The notes beneath the pieces are model-generated. The model made no database searches, was not told the DNA's origin, and saw only the letters and a program-made list of their open reading frames with translations. A program made the position numbers and the translations under genes. Positions 42,482 to 51,236 of a stretch of DNA of 64,000 bases are shown here, one piece after another. Numbering within the stretch: position 1 is the first letter of the stretch; each line of letters starts with the position of its first letter. This stretch comes from Dehalococcoidia bacterium (GTDB lineage: Bacteria > Chloroflexota > Dehalococcoidia > Bin125), in NCBI GenBank assembly GCA_963422755.1, contig OY730488.1; one strand, given 5' to 3'.

Positions 42482-42583
42482 CACCCACGTCCGACACATC
42501 CGAGCGGCGTTGCGCCGAAGCTAGGCGAGCTGGCGGCGCCGCTCAGCCATCAGATCTGATACCGCCACCGAAGGAGCTGCCCT

Positions 42584-43078
42584 GTGCCCGTAACAATTGA
42601 CCAGATCAAGGCGTTGCGCGCCGAGACCGGCGCTGGCGTGATGGACTGCCGCCAGGCGCTGACCGAGGCCGACGGAGACCTCGAGCGCGCCCGCCTCCTG
42701 CTGCGTGAACAGGGCATCGCCACTGCCAACAAGCGCGCCGACAAAGCGACTGGGCAAGGGCTGATTCACAGCTACATTCACGGAGGCCGCATCGGCGTCC
42801 TCGTCGACTTGCGTTGCGAGACCGATTTCGTCGCCAAGACGGAGCCGTTTCAGGAGCTCGCGCATGACATCGCCATGCAAATCGCGTCGATGAATCCACC
42901 GGTCGTCCGCGCGGACGACCTCCCCGATGATGCGGATGCCGACGCCGTCGCATTGCTGGACCAAGAGTTCATTCGCGACAGCTCACAGACCATCGCCGAT
43001 CGAATCAATGACGTCATCGCCTCGATCGGCGAGCGGATCGAGGTCGCACGCTTCACACGCTACGAGCTGGGACGATAG
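42584..43078 (+). CDS. tsf: Elongation factor Ts (short form)
   Basis: 164 aa. N-terminal UBA-like IKALRAETGAGVMDCRQAL, conserved core. Confidence 0.9.
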   Translation: MPVTIDQIKALRAETGAGVMDCRQALTEADGDLERARLLLREQGIATANKRADKATGQGLIHSYIHGGRIGVLVDLRCETDFVAKTEPFQELAHDIAMQIASMNPPVVRADDLPDDADADAVALLDQEFIRDSSQTIADRINDVIASIGERIEVARFTRYELGR

Positions 43079-43134
43079 CCGAACGCGCGCTGGACAACGG
43101 GCGCGAGCAGAGCGGTGCAGAACCGAGGCCGCAG

Positions 43135-43890
43135 ATGACAGTCCCCCGACCGCGCCGCGTTGTGCTCAAGGTCTCGGGCGAGTCGTTGCAGGGGGGGCGT
43201 GACTCCGGCATCGACACGGCAGCCCTGAACGACATCGCGCGCCAAATTGTTGAGTGTCGAGAGCGCGGCGTCGAGATCGGCGTGGTCGTTGGCGGCGGGA
43301 ATCTCTTTCGCGGACGTTTGGCTGCGCAGCTGGGGATGAGTGAGGCGACGGCGCACTACGCGGGCATGCTCGCCACGGTGATCAATGGCCTGGCGCTGCA
43401 GGACGCGATTGAGGCGGCGGGCTGCGAAGTGCGCACGATGTCGGCGCTGCAGGTCCGACAGGTGGCGGAGATTTTCATTCGCCGTCGCGCGCTGCGCCAC
43501 CTCGAGAAGGGTCGCATCGTGCTCTGCGTGGGCGGAACGGGAAATCCCTACGTGACCACCGACACCGCCGCCGCCCTGCGCGGCATCGAGCTCGACGCGG
43601 ATGAGTTGCTGATGGGCAAGCACGGCGCCGACGGCGTCTACACGGCAGATCCTGCCACGCACCCCCATGCGCGCCGCTACGCCACGCTCAACTACCGCGA
43701 GGCGCTGCGGCAGAATCTGGGTGTGATCATGGACGCTTCCGCGCTGGCGCTCTGCGAGGAGCACTCGCTGCCGATCGTCGTGTTTAACATCGAGTCGTCG
43801 AACGCTATTGTGAGCACGGTGATCGACGGTCCGGACCTTGACCAGGCGGGAACGAGGGTGGGCCACGGAGATACCGTGTTGGCTGACTGA
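43135..43890 (+). CDS. pyrH: Uridylate kinase
   Basis: 251 aa. VLKVSGESL...VVGGGNLFRG, amino-acid-kinase fold. Confidence 0.95.
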   Translation: MTVPRPRRVVLKVSGESLQGGRDSGIDTAALNDIARQIVECRERGVEIGVVVGGGNLFRGRLAAQLGMSEATAHYAGMLATVINGLALQDAIEAAGCEVRTMSALQVRQVAEIFIRRRALRHLEKGRIVLCVGGTGNPYVTTDTAAALRGIELDADELLMGKHGADGVYTADPATHPHARRYATLNYREALRQNLGVIMDASALALCEEHSLPIVVFNIESSNAIVSTVIDGPDLDQAGTRVGHGDTVLAD

Positions 43891-43936
43891 GCGCAGCGCC
43901 TGCCCGCTTCGAGGCAGCGCCGTTGAGGGGCGTGAG

Positions 43937-44509
43937 ATGTCCGAGAATGAGCTCCTGGATCTCGCGTTCGAGGATGCCAATACACGCATGGCCGGCGCCG
44001 TCAGCTCGCTGGATCGCGACCTGATGGTGATCCGCACCGGCCGCGCGCACACATCCCTGGTCGACCAGTTGCGGGTGGACTACTACGGGACCACGATGGC
44101 GCTCAACCAGCTCGCCACGATCTCGGCGCCAGAGGCACGGCTGATTGCGATCCAGCCTTGGGACCGCAACGCCTTCGAGCCGATCACGAAGGCGATTCAA
44201 GCCTCGGATCTTGGGATCAACCCGCAGTCTGACGGCATCCTGATTCGCCTGGCGCTGCCGGAATTGACTGAGGAGCGGCGACGCAACCTGGTCAAAATCG
44301 TGCACCAGAAAGTGGAGACGGCACGGGTGGCGATCCGCAACGTGCGCCGACATACTCACGATGATCTGCGCGGCCTGCAGCGCGACGGCGACCTGTCGCA
44401 GGACGAAGAACGGCGCGCGGAATCGCAGCTCGATACCCTGACCAGCGAGTTCATCGCTAAAGTGGATGCTGCGGGCAGTCAGAAGGAGCGCGAGCTCCTC
44501 GAGGTCTAG
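43937..44509 (+). CDS. frr: Ribosome recycling factor
   Basis: Start at MSENELLD. RRF family (TGRAHTSLVDQLRVDYYG...). Confidence 0.9.
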   Translation: MSENELLDLAFEDANTRMAGAVSSLDRDLMVIRTGRAHTSLVDQLRVDYYGTTMALNQLATISAPEARLIAIQPWDRNAFEPITKAIQASDLGINPQSDGILIRLALPELTEERRRNLVKIVHQKVETARVAIRNVRRHTHDDLRGLQRDGDLSQDEERRAESQLDTLTSEFIAKVDAAGSQKERELLEV

Positions 44510-44513
44510 TACA

Positions 44514-45347
44514 TTGTCCAGCCCATACGCCTCCACCGCTGCCCGACGCGACGCCGCCTTCGCCCATCCCGATCCACCCGAATCGTCTCTGCTCGCGCCA
44601 GTATCGGCGAACGGCCATCGGCTGCCGACTGAGCCAGCGCCGACCACACTCCTACCCAGCCATGTCGCGGTGATTATGGACGGGAACGGCCGTTGGGCAG
44701 CGCAGCGCGGGTTGCGTCCGACGGACGGGCACCGCGCCGGTACCGAGAATATCCGCGCCGCGATCGAGGCCTTCGCCGAGCGTGGCATCCACTGCCTGAC
44801 GCTCTTCGCATTCTCAACTGAGAACTGGAAGCGTCCGCGCCCTGAGGTGCGGGGCTTGATGCGGATCCTGTCGTCGACGATCGACCGTGAGCTCAGACCG
44901 CTGCACGACGCGGGGGTTCGGCTGCGCTACATCGGCAGGCTCGACGCGCTCGAGCAGCGGTTACGGCGCAAGATCGACGATGCGATCGCGCTGACCTGTG
45001 ACAACGACCGGATCACCGTCTGCATCGCCTTCAACTACGGCTCGCGAGCAGAGCTGGTGGACGCGGTACGCCAGATCGTCGCCAGCGGTGTAGGTCCGAA
45101 TGACGTGACCGAGCGGATGCTATCCGAGCATCTGTACACCCGAGACTTGCCCGACCCTGACCTGATCATTCGTACCGGCGGCGACCAGCGTGTCTCCAAT
45201 TTCCTGCTCTGGCAGGCTGCCTACGCCGAGTACGTGTTCTCGGACACCTACTGGCCCGACTTCGACGCGCGCGACATTGACCAGGCGTTGTCCGCCTACA
45301 CACAGCGTCAACGCAACTTCGGCGGACGCCCGGCGCGTGACGAGTAG
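44514..45347 (+). CDS. uppS: Isoprenyl transferase (undecaprenyl-diphosphate synthase)
   Basis: HVAVIMDGNGRWA ... FAFSTENWKRP ... cis-IPPS family. Start provisional (TTG at 44514 just after the frr stop). The listed ORF begins inside frr. Confidence 0.8.
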   Translation: MSSPYASTAARRDAAFAHPDPPESSLLAPVSANGHRLPTEPAPTTLLPSHVAVIMDGNGRWAAQRGLRPTDGHRAGTENIRAAIEAFAERGIHCLTLFAFSTENWKRPRPEVRGLMRILSSTIDRELRPLHDAGVRLRYIGRLDALEQRLRRKIDDAIALTCDNDRITVCIAFNYGSRAELVDAVRQIVASGVGPNDVTERMLSEHLYTRDLPDPDLIIRTGGDQRVSNFLLWQAAYAEYVFSDTYWPDFDARDIDQALSAYTQRQRNFGGRPARDE

Positions 45348-45414
45348 TCCACGTCTTCCGCACGGTCTGCACGGCGCGGGGCTGGGGCCTCGGCTGGTTA
45401 GCGCGGCGGTCGGC

Positions 45415-46197
45415 ATGCCGCTCATCATTGGCGTCGTGCTGGTGGGCGGACCGCTGTTTGCCGGGTGTGTCGCGTTGGCGTTGGTGGTGGCGCTGGGCGA
45501 GATTGCACGGATCGTCGGCGTCTCCGTACGGAGTCCACTGTTCCTCTGCGGGGCTGCGACGATCGGAGCGGTGATTGGGGCTGCGGAGAGTGCCGCGATC
45601 ACCATGTTCTGGCCCGTTCTGGCCGCGCTGATCGGGATCGCCTCGCTCACGACATGGACGGCCGTGCGCGAGGTCCGCGTTCCACAGCCGGCGCTGCTGC
45701 GGCCAATCCTCTCAAGCGGGCTGGCCATGCTGGGCGCGGCGCTCTATCTGGCTTTGCCGGGTGCGACGTTCCTGATGGTGCGGTCCGGTCCCGAGGGTAT
45801 GGACTGGTTTCTGATCGCAATCCTGGCCATTATGTCGGCCGACGCAACGGCCTACGCCGGCGGCCGTCTGTTCGGGCGACGTCAGCTGGCGGCGTCCGTC
45901 TCGCCCAACAAGACTGTTGAAGGCGCGATCTTTGGCTGGCTCGGCGGCTTCGGCGCGACGCTCGCGCTGGACCAGATTCTGGGCACGCAAGCAGGGCTCT
46001 GGCCCTTGCTCTTGCTTGCACTGACGCTACCGTTGCTCTCGCAGCTCGGCGACCTGACCGAGTCCTTGTTCAAACGCGCCATGGACGTCAAGGATTCCTC
46101 GCAGCTGATCCCAGGACACGGCGGCGTGCTCGATCGGCTCGACTCGCTCCTGTTTGGACTGCCCGTCGTATTCTTCTTCTTGCAATGGACGACCTAA
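45415..46197 (+). CDS. cdsA: Phosphatidate cytidylyltransferase
   Basis: C-terminal signature SQLGDLTESLFKRAMDVKDSSQLIPGHGGVLDRLDS, multi-TM. Start uncertain (first in-frame ATG; a non-ATG start slightly upstream is possible). Confidence 0.8.
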   Translation: MPLIIGVVLVGGPLFAGCVALALVVALGEIARIVGVSVRSPLFLCGAATIGAVIGAAESAAITMFWPVLAALIGIASLTTWTAVREVRVPQPALLRPILSSGLAMLGAALYLALPGATFLMVRSGPEGMDWFLIAILAIMSADATAYAGGRLFGRRQLAASVSPNKTVEGAIFGWLGGFGATLALDQILGTQAGLWPLLLLALTLPLLSQLGDLTESLFKRAMDVKDSSQLIPGHGGVLDRLDSLLFGLPVVFFFLQWTT

Positions 46198-47357
46198 GCG
46201 ACGAACCCACTCCGATCATCAATCTGGTGCTGCTGGGATCGACCGGCAGCATTGGGCGGCAAACGCTCGACGTGGTGCGTGCGATGCCCGAACGTTTCAA
46301 CGTGTTGGGGCTGGCCGCTGGCAGAAATCTGTCGGCGCTCGAGGCGCAGACGCAGGAGTTCCGTCCGCGTTACCTCTGGGCGGCGTCCGAGGATGAGACC
46401 GCGCTGGCCGAGATTGCCGACGGCGTCGGCGCGGCCGTCGCGCCGATGGATGAGATGGCCGCCGATCCTTCGGGCGATGTGCTGGTTGTGGGAACCGCCG
46501 GGCGGGCTGGGCTGGAGCCCACCCTGACCGCCCTGGAACGCGGCGGGGCGGTGGCGCTCGCGAACAAGGAAGTCGTCGTGATGGCGGGGCAGCTCGTCCG
46601 CGACGCCGTCGAGCGCGGTGGCGGTCAGCTGCGCCCAGTCGACTCTGAGCATTCCGCAATCTGGCAGTGTCTATGGGGCGAGGAGGACCATGAAGTTCGA
46701 CGCATTCTGCTGACCGCCTCGGGCGGGGCGCTACGCCATCTCGCAGTCGAGGCGCTGGCGATGGTGACGCCCGAGCAGGCGCTCGATCATCCGACTTGGA
46801 ACATGGGCGACAAGATCACCGTCGATTCTGCGACGTTGATGAACAAGGGTATGGAGACGATTGAAGCGAAGTGGCTGTTCGACGTCCCGTACGAGCGTGT
46901 CGAGATCGTGCAGCACGCCGAGTCCATTGTCCATTCGCTCGTCGAGTTCAGCGATGGCTCGGTCAAGGCGCAGCTGGGATATCCCGACATGAAACTACCG
47001 ATCCAGCTCGCGCTCGGCTACCCGCAGCGGCTCCAGCCGACGGTCGCACCACTCGATCTCGCAGCGGTGGGCGCGCTCCACTTCTCGCGTCCCGACCTCG
47101 ACCGCTATCCCTGCCTCAAGCTGGCGCAGCAAGCCGGCCGCGCCGGGGGAACCTATCCGGCCGTGATGGCCGCTGCGGACGAAATCGCCGTCGAGGCGTT
47201 CCTGGAACGCCGGCTCCGGTTCACTGAGATCGCCGACTACATCCTTCAGGCGATGGACGCGCACCGCAACACGCCGAACCCTGACATCGAGGGGATCGAC
47301 GCCGCTGACGCCTGGGCGCGGGGGTTCACGACGGGGCGCATCGCCGCCTCCGTTTGA
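46185..47357 (+). CDS. dxr: 1-deoxy-D-xylulose 5-phosphate reductoisomerase
   Basis: 390 aa. LGSTGSIGRQTLDVV NADPH-binding N-terminus. Conserved DXR core (SEHSAIWQCL...). Confidence 0.95.
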   Translation: MDDLSDEPTPIINLVLLGSTGSIGRQTLDVVRAMPERFNVLGLAAGRNLSALEAQTQEFRPRYLWAASEDETALAEIADGVGAAVAPMDEMAADPSGDVLVVGTAGRAGLEPTLTALERGGAVALANKEVVVMAGQLVRDAVERGGGQLRPVDSEHSAIWQCLWGEEDHEVRRILLTASGGALRHLAVEALAMVTPEQALDHPTWNMGDKITVDSATLMNKGMETIEAKWLFDVPYERVEIVQHAESIVHSLVEFSDGSVKAQLGYPDMKLPIQLALGYPQRLQPTVAPLDLAAVGALHFSRPDLDRYPCLKLAQQAGRAGGTYPAVMAAADEIAVEAFLERRLRFTEIADYILQAMDAHRNTPNPDIEGIDAADAWARGFTTGRIAASV

Positions 47358-47410
47358 CTGTCCATTGTGCTTGGCTGCCCTCACTTGCCCACACAGGTAC
47401 GCTAGAAACG

Positions 47411-49111
47411 ATGGTCTTCCTCGAAACGATCCTGCCGTTCATCGGCATTCTGCTCGGGCTCGTCGTGCTGCACGAGCTGGGACACTTCGTCGCCGCCAAG
47501 CTGGCCGGCGTGCGGGTGGAGGAGTTCGGCATCGGTCTGCCGCCCCGAATCGGCAAAGGCTGGCAGTTCGGCGAGACACTCTATTCCTTCAACTGGTTGC
47601 CGATCGGCGGGTTCGTACGTCTGACTGGCGAGGAGGCTTCGGGCCTGTTGGTGATCGACGTCGAGGAAGACTCCCCTTTCCGAGACCATCTCGTGGCCGG
47701 CGACCGCATTCTCCGGGTCAGCGGCAAACGCGTGGTCAGCCCGGACCAGCTCGTGGAGCGTCTGCTGGCCACCGCCGGCGAGCCGCAGTGGGAAGTCACG
47801 TACGACCACACAGAAGCTGACGGAGGCAAGACGACCTGGACCATCTCGCGACCCACGGGCAACGAGGCGTCAAGCCTGTCCAGCATCAACACCACTCCGG
47901 AGCAACGCCAGCAATTCCTGAACGAGCGTGGTGACGCGAGCATCTTCGGGATCAGCGTGGGCATCGATCCGCGCTCTCTGGGCGCGAAATCCCGGCTCAC
48001 GCGGATCGGCATCCTCGCCGCCGGCGCCGGTGTCAATGCGGTGCTGCCGTTCCTGCTCTTCGCCGTCGGCGCGTTGATTCCCGACAACGTGCCGGCTGGT
48101 CCAGCCGTCGTCACGAGCACCGTCCAAGGCGCGCCGGCGCACGAGGCGGGAATTCGCGCTGGTGACCACATCATCGCCGTCAACGGCGAGCCGATTCAGA
48201 ACGCATCCGACCTGTCACGACTGATCCAGCTCAACCTGGGCGAGCGACTCGAGCTGTCGGTCGAACGTCCGCCGTCGGGCGCGCTGACCGACAGCCGCGC
48301 GGCGCGCGAGCCCGAGCGGTTCGACACGCTCGTCCGCGCGCGGCTCGCGCCGCAACCGCTCACCCACGTGGTACAGCTGGACGACTCGGTGCACGACATC
48401 TCCGAAATCCTCGGCGTCCCGCCGGCGGCGGTGATCGCCGCCTGGGGAATCGAGACGGAGGAACTCCGGACCGGTCTCGAACTTGAGCTGCCCGGCGGCA
48501 TGACCTATGTCACACAAGACGGCGACACGATGCTGCGCATCGCGATCGAGGAGTCTGTGCGGATGGCCTCGCTCTACGCAGCGCTCGGGATTGACCCGCT
48601 GCATCCGCCGCCAGGGGCAGTGATCGAAGTACCCCAGGGCGCGACTGGCATCAGCATCGCCAACGGAACCACTCGCGTGATTCGCGACAGCCCCTCGCTG
48701 GGCGAGGCGGTCGCCTCCGGCTGGACCCAGACGCGCGACACGTTCATCCTCGTACGTAATCGGATTCGATCCTGGATTGCCGGCGGCGAGCCGATTGAGC
48801 TGTCGGGACCAGTCGGCATCGCGCGGGTCACGGGCGAGGTGGTCGACCGCGCCGGCTGGACACGGCTGATTGAGCTGGCTGCACTGATTTCGCTGAACCT
48901 TGCCATCATCAACATTCTGCCGCTGCCGATGCTCGACGGTGGGCGGATCATGTTCGTGCTCATCGAGATCGCGCGGCGTGGCAAGCGAATCAGCCCCGAG
49001 CGCGAAGGCCTGGTACACATGGCCGGCTTCGCGGCGCTGCTGCTCTTCATCGTCGTGATCAGCTACTTCGACATCATCAAGGCGGTCTCCGGAGAGCCCG
49101 CGATCCCCTAG
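47411..49111 (+). CDS. rseP: RIP zinc metalloprotease RseP (site-2 protease) with PDZ domains and a LysM-like insertion
   Basis: HEXXH (LHELGHFVAAKL) in the first TM, PDZ domains, LDG motif near the C-terminus (LPLPMLDGGRIMF). Segment YVTQDGDTMLRIAIEESV...LYAALGI resembles a LysM domain. Confidence 0.85.
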   Translation: MVFLETILPFIGILLGLVVLHELGHFVAAKLAGVRVEEFGIGLPPRIGKGWQFGETLYSFNWLPIGGFVRLTGEEASGLLVIDVEEDSPFRDHLVAGDRILRVSGKRVVSPDQLVERLLATAGEPQWEVTYDHTEADGGKTTWTISRPTGNEASSLSSINTTPEQRQQFLNERGDASIFGISVGIDPRSLGAKSRLTRIGILAAGAGVNAVLPFLLFAVGALIPDNVPAGPAVVTSTVQGAPAHEAGIRAGDHIIAVNGEPIQNASDLSRLIQLNLGERLELSVERPPSGALTDSRAAREPERFDTLVRARLAPQPLTHVVQLDDSVHDISEILGVPPAAVIAAWGIETEELRTGLELELPGGMTYVTQDGDTMLRIAIEESVRMASLYAALGIDPLHPPPGAVIEVPQGATGISIANGTTRVIRDSPSLGEAVASGWTQTRDTFILVRNRIRSWIAGGEPIELSGPVGIARVTGEVVDRAGWTRLIELAALISLNLAIINILPLPMLDGGRIMFVLIEIARRGKRISPEREGLVHMAGFAALLLFIVVISYFDIIKAVSGEPAIP

Positions 49112-49221
49112 CTCGTTGGCTCAACTGGTCTCGCACCGAGGGCGCTGCGCTCCGACTGATTAGTGTCACGCGCGTTACAATGAGCGTGATCGATCTCGTT
49201 CTCATGCCCGAAGGAGCAGCC

Positions 49222-50418
49222 ATGGCGTTCCAGACGTTTATCGACGCCGACACTCACATCACTGAACCTGCCGATCTGTGGACTTCCCGCGTAGCGTCCA
49301 AGTGGGGCGACAAAGTCTTGCATGTGAAGCAGGACCAACAAGGCACGAATGCCTGGTTCGTGGGCGACGAAAAGGTCGCCAACGCTCCCTCGGGGGTGTT
49401 TGCTGGCTGGAAGGGCAAGTTCCCCAGCTCGCCGCCGACCTACGAAGAGGCGCACCCGGCCTCATTCGATGTCCATGAGCGGCTCAAGCTGATGGACGAG
49501 ACCGGCGTCTATGCCCAGGTGCTGTATCCCAATGTGGCGGGCTTCGCCTCGCAGCGCTTCCTCTCGCTCGGCGACCCCGAGCTGATGCTCGAATGCGTGC
49601 GCGCCTGGAACGACTTTCAGATCGACTGGATTTCCGTCGCCCCAGAGCGCTTCGTCGCCAACATCTCGATCCCCTTCTGGGACATCGAGGCATCGGTCCA
49701 AGAGATCGAGCGCGTCGCGCCCCAGGGGATGCGCGGCATCCTGTTCACCGGCGACCCGCAGTCGCACGGCCAGCCGTTCCTGGGCGACCATCACTGGGAC
49801 CCGCTCTGGAACATCGCCTCGGACGCCGGCCTGCCGATCTCGTTCCACATCGGCTCCGGGGACTTCACCGACGGCTTCACGCCGGAGCGTCTCGCGGTCG
49901 ACGGACCCGAGGTCACGTACGCACGCACCTCGACCGTGCTCTTCATGGCCAACGGTCTGCAGATGACCGACCTACTGCTGTCGGGTGTACTGCCACGCTT
50001 CCCCGAGCTCAAGTTCATCTCAGTGGAATCCGGCATTGGCTGGGTACCGTTCTGCCTCGAGAGCTGCGACTACCACTTCCTCGCCGCCGACATTCGCAAG
50101 GCGCGGCCCGAGTTTGAGATGATGCCGTCGGATTACTTCCGTCACCAGGTCTACGCCTGCTACTGGTTCGAGAAGATCGCACCACGCAAACTGATCGACG
50201 ACATCGGCGCCGACAACATCCTGTTCGAGACCGACTTCCCGCACCCCACATGCCTCTATGGCAATGTGCAGGAGACGATCGAGGATGGCCTTGAGGGACA
50301 GAGCGAAGCGGTTCGCCGCAAGATTCTCTGGGAGAACTCGGCGAAGCTCTACAACATCGAGGTGCCCGAGGCCATGCCTGCGGGCCTCGCCGCTGCAGTG
50401 GCAGCCGGCGGCGACTGA
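49222..50418 (+). CDS. Amidohydrolase-2 family protein (ACMSD/LigW-like metal-dependent hydrolase/decarboxylase)
   Basis: Start at MAFQTFIDADTHI (His-x-His metal motif). TIM-barrel amidohydrolase_2 features (FHIGSG..., ETDFPHP). Confidence 0.8.
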   Translation: MAFQTFIDADTHITEPADLWTSRVASKWGDKVLHVKQDQQGTNAWFVGDEKVANAPSGVFAGWKGKFPSSPPTYEEAHPASFDVHERLKLMDETGVYAQVLYPNVAGFASQRFLSLGDPELMLECVRAWNDFQIDWISVAPERFVANISIPFWDIEASVQEIERVAPQGMRGILFTGDPQSHGQPFLGDHHWDPLWNIASDAGLPISFHIGSGDFTDGFTPERLAVDGPEVTYARTSTVLFMANGLQMTDLLLSGVLPRFPELKFISVESGIGWVPFCLESCDYHFLAADIRKARPEFEMMPSDYFRHQVYACYWFEKIAPRKLIDDIGADNILFETDFPHPTCLYGNVQETIEDGLEGQSEAVRRKILWENSAKLYNIEVPEAMPAGLAAAVAAGGD

Positions 50419-50429
50419 CCGTCACAGTC

Positions 50430-51191
50430 ATGGATATCCAGGGCAAGGTCGCGGTCGTCACCGGATCATCGTCGGGCGTCGGCGAGGCAACGGCGAAGCT
50501 GCTCGCTTCGCTCGGCGCGTCGGTGGTCGTCAACTACTTTCGCGGAGCTGAGGCGGGACAACGCGTGGCCGACGAGATCCAGGCCGAAGGCGGCGCTGCG
50601 ATCGCCGTTCAGGCCGACACCCGCTCCGACGCTGACTGTCGCAGGCTGATCCAGTCCGCAATCGACGAGTTCGGCCACCTGGAGATTCTGGTCAACAACG
50701 CCGGGATGACGCACTTCATCGCTCACGACGATCTCGAGGCGGTCACGGACGAGGTCTGGGACGATATCATCGGCGCGAATCTGCGCGGAGTCTTCAACTG
50801 CACGCGGGCCGCCGCTCCGCACATGCGCGCCGCCGGCGTAGGCGCGGTCGTCAATGTCAGCAGCATCGCCGGCGCGGGCGGCGGCGGTTCCTCCATTCCC
50901 TACGCCGCCAGCAAGGCGGGCGTCAACGTGATCACCAAATCACTGGCACGCGTGCTAGGGCCCGAGATCCGCATCAACACCATCGCGCCCGGCTTCATCG
51001 AGGGCCGCTGGCTCAGGGGCGGGCTCGGCGTAGAGACGTACGAAGCCGGTCGCAAGCGACTCGGCGAGACGGCCCCACTGCGTGGCGTCGCCACGCCCGA
51101 GCTCTGCGCCGACGCGATCGTCGCGCTGATCGAGCGGAACAGCTTCGTCACAGGCCAAACGATCACGGTAGACGGCGGCGCAACGCTGTAG
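50430..51191 (+). CDS. SDR-family short-chain dehydrogenase/reductase
   Basis: 253 aa. TGSSSGVGEA cofactor motif, catalytic YAASK, NNAG. Confidence 0.9.
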   Translation: MDIQGKVAVVTGSSSGVGEATAKLLASLGASVVVNYFRGAEAGQRVADEIQAEGGAAIAVQADTRSDADCRRLIQSAIDEFGHLEILVNNAGMTHFIAHDDLEAVTDEVWDDIIGANLRGVFNCTRAAAPHMRAAGVGAVVNVSSIAGAGGGGSSIPYAASKAGVNVITKSLARVLGPEIRINTIAPGFIEGRWLRGGLGVETYEAGRKRLGETAPLRGVATPELCADAIVALIERNSFVTGQTITVDGGATL

Positions 51192-51236
51192 GCCTGCCTA
51201 CCGCGGTACCATTGGGATACTGATAGAGATGATCCG

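Noticed and set aside
44466-44513. uppS start at ATG 44466 inside frr
   Set aside because: Would overlap frr by 44 nt, and the encoded N-terminus is Ser/Arg-rich. A start just after the frr stop is more plausible.
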